Shown in pieces: positions 27,974 through 37,987 of a stretch of 64,000 bases of DNA. Origin of the DNA: a virus (lineage: Duplodnaviria; Caudoviricetes); IMG/VR virus record IMGVR_UViG_3300033073_001271, positions 9,824 to 73,823 of that record; one strand, 5' to 3'. The number at the start of each line of letters is the position of its first letter. Within the stretch, counting starts at the first letter, position 1. The notes beneath the pieces are model-generated. The model was given only the letters and a program-made list of their open reading frames with translations. It was not told where the DNA came from and ran no database searches. The position numbers and the translations under genes were made by a program.

Positions 27974-29579
27974 TGCATGTTTTCTCGCAGCTAAAATTAT
28001 TGGGACAGTAAATAAATTCATTATAAGGTCTAAAAGGATAGTATCCCTCATCACCATCTTTGGGATTTTCGCATCTACATCCCTTTGCTCCAGATGGAAG
28101 ATCTTTTATTCCTCCTCCAGTTAAGAATTTTTTCTTAAACCAATCTTTCTTTAAGAAGGATACCGAAGGATCTCCCATTTCAGCAGAATATGGTAATCCC
28201 GTTTCTTTATTTATAGGATCTGTAAGTCGATCAAATCCTTCGGGGGGTTCGTAATATTCCCATATTTTAGTATTTGCTGCTAAAACTCTTACAGTTAAAT
28301 TAGATTCAGGAATTTCGTAGATTTCATCAAATAGTTTATAATTGCCATCATCCGACCTATCCCATCTATCATAATGATATTCCCTAACTTTATATGGAAT
28401 CATACCTCTTTTATATATATTTGATGATCGCCAAGCATATGAGCATACTGTAGATATTCTAATTACAGCCCTTTCACATCTCACGTTTCTAATAAATACT
28501 GGCTCTAACTTGTCATCGCATAAATTGGTAAGCGGATTGACCGGATATCTTGTACTTGTAAATGGATCAGCTCCAGCCTGTATGCAATAATTAGGATCTT
28601 TAATTTTACTTGGTCTTTTATCATCTATTTGTATTAATTTTTCAAAATGTGTGCATGATGGCAAACTAGTTAATTTAATAATCACTCCTAGGTGAGCGCC
28701 ACCACCAACTGCGTAATCTAGTGGTGCATATCCACTAACACCTAATATGTCATTATATGTGAAACCGGGGCTTTGTGCGCTATAACAAGCTGAATTATTT
28801 CTTTCTGGTTGTGAATCTACGCCATGACCCACCATATCAAAATCATAAGTTAGAGCTTCACAATTTCTATAGATATACTGCTCTTTACCACCGTTCACTG
28901 AATTAACTAATTTCCAAGGGGAAAATCTTCCGGGTAATTGAGCATTCTCTGATTTACATTGATTATAGCACTCAGGACCAGAATCGCCACACACTTTTGA
29001 ACAGTTTTTATTTGCCCAACTTACCATATAACTAAATCCAGTCTGATTATTTCTTACAAAATAACCAACTCTCCATTCAAGCGCATTCATAGTTGAGCAT
29101 TTATCCCAACTTTGAGGCACACCCCATCCTCTAAACCAAGGAGTGGGCTTCATGACATCTCTAAAGTCTTCTGTAACAAAATCAGATCCTTCAATTTCCC
29201 AAGCTCCCGGATGACCAATGTCTGGTTTTACATCTGAAGGTGTGGCATATTCAACTCCCGGAGTATTGCAATGTCCCATAATACCATAAGTCGCTGAATT
29301 TGTTCCGGGCATACCATCTGATTTTGCTCTAAAGTAATAAGCTCCTCGACCTACAATATGATTATTTTGATTGATTTCTTCAATTGGCATACATCCTGTA
29401 ATTATACCATTATCATATGTAGTATAATTATTTGGATCTAATTTTATTCCACCAACTGTTCCATGAGATACTTGCATACCAATCATTTTCCAACTGCCAT
29501 AGTTTTTTCTATTAGCATATTTAAAAGCTGATATAGTATAATCTACTGGAATTATAACATCCGTATAGTCGCAACTCAT
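27966..29579 (-). CDS. Cys-rich putative tail-tip/virion protein
   Basis: 537-aa ORF with about 20 Cys, downstream of the hub-like genes. Confidence 0.55.
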   Translation of the reverse strand: MSCDYTDVIIPVDYTISAFKYANRKNYGSWKMIGMQVSHGTVGGIKLDPNNYTTYDNGIITGCMPIEEINQNNHIVGRGAYYFRAKSDGMPGTNSATYGIMGHCNTPGVEYATPSDVKPDIGHPGAWEIEGSDFVTEDFRDVMKPTPWFRGWGVPQSWDKCSTMNALEWRVGYFVRNNQTGFSYMVSWANKNCSKVCGDSGPECYNQCKSENAQLPGRFSPWKLVNSVNGGKEQYIYRNCEALTYDFDMVGHGVDSQPERNNSACYSAQSPGFTYNDILGVSGYAPLDYAVGGGAHLGVIIKLTSLPSCTHFEKLIQIDDKRPSKIKDPNYCIQAGADPFTSTRYPVNPLTNLCDDKLEPVFIRNVRCERAVIRISTVCSYAWRSSNIYKRGMIPYKVREYHYDRWDRSDDGNYKLFDEIYEIPESNLTVRVLAANTKIWEYYEPPEGFDRLTDPINKETGLPYSAEMGDPSVSFLKKDWFKKKFLTGGGIKDLPSGAKGCRCENPKDGDEGYYPFRPYNEFIYCPNNFSCEKTCNG

Positions 29580-32500
29580 GGATATATTACCTCATTTCCA
29601 TCATCAAAGAAGTTTGCCGCATTATTCATAGTGTCGGCGCGTCCATAAACATAAACCTTTGGAACTCCGCTTTCCATATAACCAGAAACTGGTAAGAATC
29701 CACTTCCAAGAATCTGTATTATGCCATTTCCATACATATAGCCGCTAGCGTGCATCCAAACATCAGGCGGTTGCTCTGCTATAATATTAGCATAATTTCT
29801 TAATTTAGCCTTTCCTAAAACTAATTTATTTTTACATTTAGTTAATATATTGCTTTCACAAGAGCCAACAACTCTAGTGTGCGGAATGCTCTCTGGTGTT
29901 CCTTCAATATCTAAAATTGCACAGTTATATAGTGGCCCCATAGCAGGAGATACGATAGCTCCATCAGAGTTCGCACAAAAATCACAACATGAGCTTTGCC
30001 AATTTATAAATCCGCCAGCATTTCCCAAAGATGTAGTTGGATAAAATTCAGAAGTTTTTGGTTGATCACATTTATTAAATAAAATCTGATTGCCATTTGT
30101 ATCAATATAATAATCAGCACCAGTTACAACTTTATTTGGGTCTTCTGAATATTGGGTTCCATTACCTTTAATAGCAACCCTTCCTAGAAAATCTACAGGA
30201 CAGTCGTGAATTTTATTAAGTGGAGATATAGCCACTTCAGATATAACATTATCTTTTCTACGGTAAATGTGCATGTCGCTTGTATAGGCGCATTTTCTTC
30301 TAGCTACAACAGATACATATCCATCATATCCAGCTAAATTAATAGTCTGTGGGTCATTTAAATTTAAAGTAACTCCGTTTGGATGAAAATATGGATCATA
30401 TTTTTTAATATTATATAGAGGATCTTCTGGGCAGTCGTGAAGTTTATTATATTCAATTTGAGCAATTAAAAATACTTCTTCACCTTTTGACTGATATATA
30501 AATTTATCTGTGGTATATGCACATTCTTTTCTTGCAACAATAGTTATATAAGTATTAGTTGGTACTTGTATTACTCTTCTTTGATCTAAATTTAAAGTAA
30601 CGCCACCAGTATATCCATAAGGATCAATATTTCCTATGCCATCTAAAGTTGGAGTTATAAAATAAGAAACTATAGTTTCTTCAGTAGCTTCAAAAATTAT
30701 ATTTTTTCCATCTATAGACATTTGTGGATAATTTAATTTATAAGGTTCAGAACTACCGGCAGGATTTTTAATCTTTAAATAGGATATTATTGTGTTTTCA
30801 GTTTCGTCAAAATCTAACGACTTCTCTTCTATATTGACACTTGGAAATGCAACTTTAGCTAAATTTACAGTCATAGATTCGTTAAATCTACAAGAATTAA
30901 AAGGATAAATAATTTTTTTATTTCCTAACCCCATATTTGGCGTATCGCATCCAGATGGATAACATAGAAATCCAATTTTCATAATTAACTTACATTGCGC
31001 ATCATGCATTAAAGGAAATATTTCAACGCCAAGTTCAATTTTAGTGTCATTAACATCGCATCCAAACATCTGCATTTCAGCATCAGCAAGACCAACCATC
31101 TTGCCACTTGCAATAGGAATTGTTTTAAAATAACTACCATTAAAATAGTCATTTTTATTTCCGGGTACAATTGAACTTCCGCTACCATGTTTATTATCAT
31201 TGGTAGCATCTAAAGTAGGAAATGGATCTCCATTTAATATTGGTATCGTTTGAGTATTAGAATCTCCAGTTGCAGCGTCGAACTGTATTGTGATTTTGGG
31301 TATGTCTCCAAATCCGACACTAATCTTTTTGCCATTAGTATCTTGCGTATAGTAATTTGTTACTAAATATGGAGTTTCTGTATTGTCGGGATTTTTAGTA
31401 TATTTTATAGTACTCTCGACTGTCCATCGGCGACATGACCAAGGCCAGCATTCGGGCAATCTGCTATAAAACTTTGACGAATTATTGAATACTAGTGCCG
31501 CAGGATTGTTTGCAGTTACTATTTCATTGCTATTATCAGTACCGGCTGGATTAAAAACCTCTTCTGAGGCTCTGCCAGCAGTTCCAACTTTATACGCTAA
31601 GTGTGCAGCTTTACAACCAACACCTTGATAATGTAATTTTAATACATTCTGAGCATCTCTAAATGAGTTTAACTCATGCAATGGCAGCATTCTATTTTGA
31701 ACACCAACACTTCGCATTTGAACTGGGCCACCATTGAAAGTAAGTTCAGTTCCACGTAAAGGTTGAACTCTACCACTTCCATGCGGTATCTCTTTGCTAT
31801 TGTGCTTTGGTATTGGCTGATCTATCATATTTTCAGGATCTGCCTTAAGTATCTGGCTAGTTTCAAATCCATCAACTTGCAGGCTATCAAATGTAATATA
31901 TTTATATGAATACGGATAAGTCATTTCATATTGTGTTTTTTGCACTTTATTCTTTGCATCCGTAAGAATAATTACACCTGTTTGCGGAGATACGTCTGGC
32001 GTAGTGGGCGAAGTTTCAGAAATATAGTAGTTTATAGGTTCCAGTTCGTTAAATACATTTTCAGTTAACAAATCTCCGGGTGGCAAAGTGTCATAAGCAA
32101 ATGCCAGTTGTGGTATCCCAGTCCACTCTATATAACCCGTTCCCATAACACCTGTTTGATATTGTCTGTATGGTATAAATTCGTACTTTACTTTGCCAGT
32201 TTCAGTAATAAATCTATGATAGAATGTAATTTTATCATCTTTACTATTTTCTAGTTTTACTTGGGCAATTAAAGAAGTAGCGTATGGCTCATTCAACAAA
32301 ATCGCTGTGATGTTACCATCAGTAGGATTATCAGGGGCTTTATTATTAGTTAACCAAAAATTTGCTTTTGCAGTAAATAATAAACTAGCCTCACTTATTA
32401 GATCATCGTATTTATTATATACTACAAATTTTATATCAACATTAGAGCCTTCGAGAATTACAGGAGCAAGAAATTCTTCATCAGTAATATTTAATTCTGC

Positions 32501-32875
32501 TGTTTGATCATTTATAGTTATAAACTTTCTAAATGGCAATCTTGGATCATCTGTGGCAAAATCCATATTAACTTTTGGAAGTTGTATTTTATATCTTAAT
32601 AGTTTATCATAAATCGCTGGATATATACCATTTTGGATTCTAATATCAGATGGTCCTATTTGATACTTATAAAATCTTGTAGATAAAATATCTTGTGAAT
32701 CATTAATATTATATGTTGCATATCTAGGATTATCATTAGTAGGTAATGATGTCATTACATAATAATCCCAAGCTGCCCAATTTCCCGGAGGAGGTGTATC
32801 TGGGCGCAACCTTCTAATATGAACGAGGACTTCATTTCCTACGTCATTATGACTTCCGACTTTTGGGTTTGCCAT
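29576..32875 (-). CDS. Large putative tail-tip/receptor-binding protein with internal tandem module
   Basis: 1099 aa. Two copies of DPY..GVTLNL...VVAR..CAYT.D...HDCP. Confidence 0.6.
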   Translation of the reverse strand: MANPKVGSHNDVGNEVLVHIRRLRPDTPPPGNWAAWDYYVMTSLPTNDNPRYATYNINDSQDILSTRFYKYQIGPSDIRIQNGIYPAIYDKLLRYKIQLPKVNMDFATDDPRLPFRKFITINDQTAELNITDEEFLAPVILEGSNVDIKFVVYNKYDDLISEASLLFTAKANFWLTNNKAPDNPTDGNITAILLNEPYATSLIAQVKLENSKDDKITFYHRFITETGKVKYEFIPYRQYQTGVMGTGYIEWTGIPQLAFAYDTLPPGDLLTENVFNELEPINYYISETSPTTPDVSPQTGVIILTDAKNKVQKTQYEMTYPYSYKYITFDSLQVDGFETSQILKADPENMIDQPIPKHNSKEIPHGSGRVQPLRGTELTFNGGPVQMRSVGVQNRMLPLHELNSFRDAQNVLKLHYQGVGCKAAHLAYKVGTAGRASEEVFNPAGTDNSNEIVTANNPAALVFNNSSKFYSRLPECWPWSCRRWTVESTIKYTKNPDNTETPYLVTNYYTQDTNGKKISVGFGDIPKITIQFDAATGDSNTQTIPILNGDPFPTLDATNDNKHGSGSSIVPGNKNDYFNGSYFKTIPIASGKMVGLADAEMQMFGCDVNDTKIELGVEIFPLMHDAQCKLIMKIGFLCYPSGCDTPNMGLGNKKIIYPFNSCRFNESMTVNLAKVAFPSVNIEEKSLDFDETENTIISYLKIKNPAGSSEPYKLNYPQMSIDGKNIIFEATEETIVSYFITPTLDGIGNIDPYGYTGGVTLNLDQRRVIQVPTNTYITIVARKECAYTTDKFIYQSKGEEVFLIAQIEYNKLHDCPEDPLYNIKKYDPYFHPNGVTLNLNDPQTINLAGYDGYVSVVARRKCAYTSDMHIYRRKDNVISEVAISPLNKIHDCPVDFLGRVAIKGNGTQYSEDPNKVVTGADYYIDTNGNQILFNKCDQPKTSEFYPTTSLGNAGGFINWQSSCCDFCANSDGAIVSPAMGPLYNCAILDIEGTPESIPHTRVVGSCESNILTKCKNKLVLGKAKLRNYANIIAEQPPDVWMHASGYMYGNGIIQILGSGFLPVSGYMESGVPKVYVYGRADTMNNAANFFDDGNEVIYP
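30197..30626 (-). repeat. Two tandem copies of a protein module of about 67 aa
   Basis: Copies at about 30428-30626 and 30197-30397 share DPY, GVTLNL, VAR, CAYT.D and K.HDCP. Confidence 0.85.
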
Positions 32876-32878
32876 TTT

Positions 32879-34387
32879 TTATTCCCTAGCTAATCCTGTT
32901 CCTGCATTTGCACATTCATCTACTTCTGTAATAACATAAGCAGATTTTAATTCACCATTGCACACTACGGTTAAATTTGACTTTGCTGCAATTACTCTAA
33001 CATCGTGTTTAATATATTTGAATGGATGTATTGCATAATACTCTGCACCCGTTTGGTCATCTGTAACAATTCCAAAATTATCATCGCTGTTAGGGCAGTC
33101 AAATAATTTACTTAATGGTTTGCGATTAACTAAAACAACTGGAGCAATTCCATTAACATATTTATCAGCAGGAGCTAGTTTGTATGTATATACATCGCTA
33201 CTCATTTCGCAATTGTTAAAAGCAACAACTGAAAAATATCCAGAATAAGGAATTGTAATATTTGTAGGAACAATAGAGCCATCAGGCTGCGTAATATTTA
33301 CAATACCTTGATTAGTTATATCTAAAATACCATTAGATTGAACTAAACTACCGCCCGCTGAATCAGAAGGTATTAAATCTGGCAATAATTCTTGATCGGT
33401 TTGAAAATAATATACTTTTTTAGTTCCAACGTCAAAGAATTTAATTTGGTAGTGTGTTTTTATTTCGCCGACATTCCCGTATTCGTATGATTGCAATTGA
33501 AAAGGTGGAACAGTAGTTTTAGCGATGCTAGGAGCTGAGCAATTTAACTTTTTAAATTTACCAACTATGCATCCACCACCTCCACCAGCACCCATCACTC
33601 GCCATTCGTAATTTACTTTAACTGCAATAAAATGATCACCCGGAGATAGCGATATTTGACTATTCCTATTTGTAATTAATGCAACTTCTTTAATGTCGCT
33701 TTTTACTATAGGTGATGGGCCACCTCCAAATGGATCTGGTTTAATAAGCCCACTAGCATTAACCGCTATATCAAATGTTGACCATTCTAAATTTTTACCT
33801 CTATATATAACTCCAGAACCAGTAGAAGCTGAATTAAAATTACCAGCAGGCAAAGCCGTTAACATTTTACCTTCTATAACTTCTGGTCCACCAACCCACA
33901 CTTTACGATCATCATCCCATCGTAAATCAACAGGTCCAGTTTTCCATAGAGACCTATCATTTGCAGCTTTAGTATTAAAGTATCTTCCCATGCCCGGAAG
34001 ACCATTTTTAGGCATCGGCAAACCACAAATATCATATCCCCATCCAGAAAGATAGAGTGGTCCTTTATAAACCATAGCTTGAACGCTATGGCTATTTCCA
34101 CTGGATAGAGGATCTTTTTTATGATTTAAATCTGTTGTTTGTCCGCCACGAACTGTAATTGCATAGTCATTTTCAGCAAAGAAAAAATAAGGATCTAAAT
34201 CAAAAGATGTTGGTGATACATTAAACTGATAAAAATTTCCTACACTTTTGTGATCGTTTGGGCCTAATGCAATTTCAGTACTTGGAAAAATTTTAGTAGG
34301 ATCAACCTTTTGAGATGGATCAGGTACACCATCTAATCCAATGCTCCTAGCTAATCTATCCCTATATCCTGCTCTAAACTGAATCAT
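32879..34387 (-). CDS. Putative tail-tip/baseplate protein
   Basis: 502 aa, positioned after the hub-like gene. Contains GPVDLRWDDDRKVW and a third copy of the Cys module. Confidence 0.55.
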   Translation of the reverse strand: MIQFRAGYRDRLARSIGLDGVPDPSQKVDPTKIFPSTEIALGPNDHKSVGNFYQFNVSPTSFDLDPYFFFAENDYAITVRGGQTTDLNHKKDPLSSGNSHSVQAMVYKGPLYLSGWGYDICGLPMPKNGLPGMGRYFNTKAANDRSLWKTGPVDLRWDDDRKVWVGGPEVIEGKMLTALPAGNFNSASTGSGVIYRGKNLEWSTFDIAVNASGLIKPDPFGGGPSPIVKSDIKEVALITNRNSQISLSPGDHFIAVKVNYEWRVMGAGGGGGCIVGKFKKLNCSAPSIAKTTVPPFQLQSYEYGNVGEIKTHYQIKFFDVGTKKVYYFQTDQELLPDLIPSDSAGGSLVQSNGILDITNQGIVNITQPDGSIVPTNITIPYSGYFSVVAFNNCEMSSDVYTYKLAPADKYVNGIAPVVLVNRKPLSKLFDCPNSDDNFGIVTDDQTGAEYYAIHPFKYIKHDVRVIAAKSNLTVVCNGELKSAYVITEVDECANAGTGLARE

Positions 34388-34402
34388 TATATATTTCCTT
34401 TA

Positions 34403-37400
34403 TTAACCCTGTGCTTCAGGTGGCAAAGTTCTATCTTCTATATTTACTCTAGTGTCTTCGTCTGCCCATCCGGTGGTATCTGGAGTGGTGAATCCCGCTC
34501 CTCCATGACCAAGATGTAGTCTAATATTATATAAATCAACATGATCAACTGGATATCTTTGATTAAAAATATAAGCTGGGCTATAGATTTGATCAAATGT
34601 TGATCCAAAACTTTCCAAAATATTTGTGCCTATCGGTTTCATAGCCTCTGGCACAGGCGAAGAGTGAATATTTACACCGACATCAACATCTGAATTATTT
34701 AATTCTCTTGCAAGAACATTTAGCATATTTCCAAATATTCCACCAGTAGAATTTCTGGTACTCATAGCCTGTTTTTCTATTGATGTTGCAAGCATTCGAT
34801 TAACAGGTGGTAATGAGGCTTTTGCCATTTTAGATCTTAAATAAGATAAAAATTTAAAATTATTAGCTCTAGATGCTATAATTTTATTATAGTTATAAAC
34901 AGCAAGTTTGCCCGCTCTTTGTGTCCAATTAGTAAAATTATATCTAGTTACTATTCCACCTTCGGATGATAAGCTGATATTCATATCGTTAATATATGGA
35001 CCAACATCGAATATTTTATCTGTAATACTCCATCTTGGTATATCTGCTAACTCAACAGTTCCGGTTTCATTTGTATGTAGCTTTTGAAGCTCTGCGTCGC
35101 ATAATTGCTGAGCAGATAGATTCATAGCATATATAGATCCAAAATTTTCTGGTTTAATAGAAGTATTAGATGTTATTTGAGCTTTGCCTTTTCTACCATC
35201 ATCAACATCTGTAATATATTTTGATTCAACAGGTTTTTTAGTATTGTTTGGTCCCGGCTCACCATCAAATCCAGAGAATGACCACCACGGACCCCAAACA
35301 TAAGTTGTGCTTTGTTGTGGTACTGATAAGTATAAAGGAGGACAAAGGGCTGGGTGTATAGCGCATTCCATATTTTCAGATCCAAACATATTTGCATATG
35401 TAACTTTAATATCTTTCGGAATTCTTAAAGATTTTCCATCAGCACCTATTTGACCATCTAGATAGTCTCCGCAGATAAGCTGAGCAAGAACACCAAATGC
35501 ATTAAAGCTAGTTGTATATTTATCGTATAAATGCACAGGCTTCATGTCAACTTTTACAAATCCTTTGACATAATTAGAAGCTATAGAATTGCCTGCACTG
35601 TCTGTTAATCCCTTTTTATATGGTTGTGATATTGGCCCAGTTAAAGGCACTGTATCTTGTAATAGTGCATCATATATATTTAATTGAGATACATCTATAT
35701 ATCTAGTACCCCATTCTTCATCAATATTAATTGGTGCAACAACAACACTTCGCTCGACATTTCTATTTTCTAAAGCGTTATATTCTAAAACTTTTGTTAA
35801 TGCGTATTCAGTACCAAGGTGGCTATAATCTGATGCCACAACTGGATAATTGTATCCATACATTTTAAAATCTACAGCAGGATAAACACCGACCGCTTTT
35901 AATCTACCCATACCATTGCTATAAAATGAAATATCAGGTATGTATTGGGTAATAGTTTCTCCAGCCCAAGCTGCGCCATCGGGAGATATTTCCCAAACCG
36001 TTTTAGCTTCTTTATCATAATCCACCCATCTAAAATTATAATCATTGTCATATCCAGTTTTACCCGGCTCAGATGGAGTAGCGACTAAAAATTGCTTACC
36101 ATAGTATTTTTCAGCGGCAAAACTTACTGCGGCAAATCTAGTATTTATTATTCTTTGTACATAATCAACTTGAGCATCTTTAGTTCCATACATATAAGAA
36201 GCTAAAACTTCTGCTGAATCAACAGATGTGTCTATTAAATCATGAGGAGTTTTCTTTCCGTTAAATATATCGGAAATGTCTTGCTTTGTAAAGTTTGTTA
36301 CCTGACCTAATGGATATATTGGACTCAGATAACCTCTTTGTCTTTGAGATATGGGGTCCATTATTGCAAACATTTTATGATATAGATTCCAACTATCTCT
36401 ACCGGATAATGCACATCTTAGTTCTAGTATATTAGTTGATATTTGAATAAAATCTTGTGGAGTAAAAGCTGAAGCAGTTGTTAAACTTCCTAATTCACTA
36501 GCATTAACTGTAATAGTAACAGGAGCCAGTGGATTCCAATAATCCCATACAGATCTTCCGTAAAAATATGTTGCCGATTGCCCTTGACCCCTTTGTCCCC
36601 AAACTGGTAAAATACTACCTTGGTTGGCAAACCAGTGCCTAGATACCTTGTCACCCAATAAAACTTTTTGAGTAACCATATCGCTAGTTAATTCTTTACC
36701 AAGTCTATAAGAAACTAATGTTTTTTGAGGATCTGGTAAATTAATTAGATCTGTAATAATTTTCTTTATAGCATTTTTATCAGGAGGCTCTCTTCTAGAG
36801 ATTAATTTCAATCTTAATCTAGCTCTTTTTAACATGCCATATTTATCAGCTTTAAATTCTTCAGGAAGATCTGCGTATTTCATATTGACACCAGTATCAT
36901 ACGGATCTAAATCTTCCTCTACTAAAAATACATAATCATACATTGCATATTGCGTAATTTCATTGACTAATGAAATAATATCAATCGCGTTGTCAGACTG
37001 TATTCTAAAATCTCCAAGTTGATTAATTGCAATATTTAAAGCGGATAGATCTAATTTATATATAGTTCCGGCAAATCTAATTGGACCACCAAATAAACTA
37101 GATTTGCAACATGCGTGTATATCATCAACTAAATCTTTTACGGGATATCCCAAACTATTTATATCCGCCGATCCAAATTTTCCACCTGTAGTTTGTTTTG
37201 ATGGATTTGGCTGTTTTGATGTATACGGATTATATCCATTTAAAAAAGTTCCACCATCATAATGATTTTCTTTAAAAGCATAAAGATTAATTATATTAGA
37301 TGGTGTATATCTTGATTTATTAAATTTTTTAGAATCATATTTATTTGGATAATCTAATTCAGTATAATCATTATAATTTAATACAGGTTTTAAGTCCGGA

Positions 37401-37987
37401 ACATAAAAAGAATCTAAAGGTTGGTCTAAGGGCAATTCTCCTTTAGCGGTATCTAATGTTAAGTGCGGTAAACCATCATCTGTATAGATTGTACCATTAA
37501 ATCCATTTAAAATAATCCATACGCCCTCAAGTAATGAGGCAACTGATTCCATTTCAACATTATACTTTCTTCCACCCCCAACGCTCTCCTCGTATGTATA
37601 TTTCTGTATTACACCCGCAAATGAGAATGTAGCTTGTTCATCCGTAGGTTTTTGTTTAACTTTTACTACGCAAGCAGTTCCCAATTCTGGTAATTTATAA
37701 TCTTTAATAAAATAAGGATCATAATTAGGAGCATTTGGATCTGTAGTTTCTGGTACACCTAATTCATTTGCATGTTCAAATATAAATTTCTTTGGGGGTA
37801 TGTATAAATCAGATTCTGGATTACTATAGTCATCATAGTTGGGATCTGATGTATCATAAGCATACGGGTGATCATCTTCAACTAAAGTCACTGAACAGGT
37901 AGAATTATTAGATTTAAATCCTGTGCTAATATTAATATCTGTAACGTAACATCCTAAAAACTCGATTGGCTCTTCAACGATAGTCAT
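34403..37987 (-). CDS. Putative baseplate hub/central tail protein
   Basis: About 1190 aa. N-terminal FLG..V..I.....STCSVTLVED and KYTYEES..G.RKYNVEM resemble hub barrel strands. Start placed at MTIVEE (ATGA coupling). Confidence 0.55.
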   Translation of the reverse strand: MTIVEEPIEFLGCYVTDINISTGFKSNNSTCSVTLVEDDHPYAYDTSDPNYDDYSNPESDLYIPPKKFIFEHANELGVPETTDPNAPNYDPYFIKDYKLPELGTACVVKVKQKPTDEQATFSFAGVIQKYTYEESVGGGRKYNVEMESVASLLEGVWIILNGFNGTIYTDDGLPHLTLDTAKGELPLDQPLDSFYVPDLKPVLNYNDYTELDYPNKYDSKKFNKSRYTPSNIINLYAFKENHYDGGTFLNGYNPYTSKQPNPSKQTTGGKFGSADINSLGYPVKDLVDDIHACCKSSLFGGPIRFAGTIYKLDLSALNIAINQLGDFRIQSDNAIDIISLVNEITQYAMYDYVFLVEEDLDPYDTGVNMKYADLPEEFKADKYGMLKRARLRLKLISRREPPDKNAIKKIITDLINLPDPQKTLVSYRLGKELTSDMVTQKVLLGDKVSRHWFANQGSILPVWGQRGQGQSATYFYGRSVWDYWNPLAPVTITVNASELGSLTTASAFTPQDFIQISTNILELRCALSGRDSWNLYHKMFAIMDPISQRQRGYLSPIYPLGQVTNFTKQDISDIFNGKKTPHDLIDTSVDSAEVLASYMYGTKDAQVDYVQRIINTRFAAVSFAAEKYYGKQFLVATPSEPGKTGYDNDYNFRWVDYDKEAKTVWEISPDGAAWAGETITQYIPDISFYSNGMGRLKAVGVYPAVDFKMYGYNYPVVASDYSHLGTEYALTKVLEYNALENRNVERSVVVAPINIDEEWGTRYIDVSQLNIYDALLQDTVPLTGPISQPYKKGLTDSAGNSIASNYVKGFVKVDMKPVHLYDKYTTSFNAFGVLAQLICGDYLDGQIGADGKSLRIPKDIKVTYANMFGSENMECAIHPALCPPLYLSVPQQSTTYVWGPWWSFSGFDGEPGPNNTKKPVESKYITDVDDGRKGKAQITSNTSIKPENFGSIYAMNLSAQQLCDAELQKLHTNETGTVELADIPRWSITDKIFDVGPYINDMNISLSSEGGIVTRYNFTNWTQRAGKLAVYNYNKIIASRANNFKFLSYLRSKMAKASLPPVNRMLATSIEKQAMSTRNSTGGIFGNMLNVLARELNNSDVDVGVNIHSSPVPEAMKPIGTNILESFGSTFDQIYSPAYIFNQRYPVDHVDLYNIRLHLGHGGAGFTTPDTTGWADEDTRVNIEDRTLPPEAQG

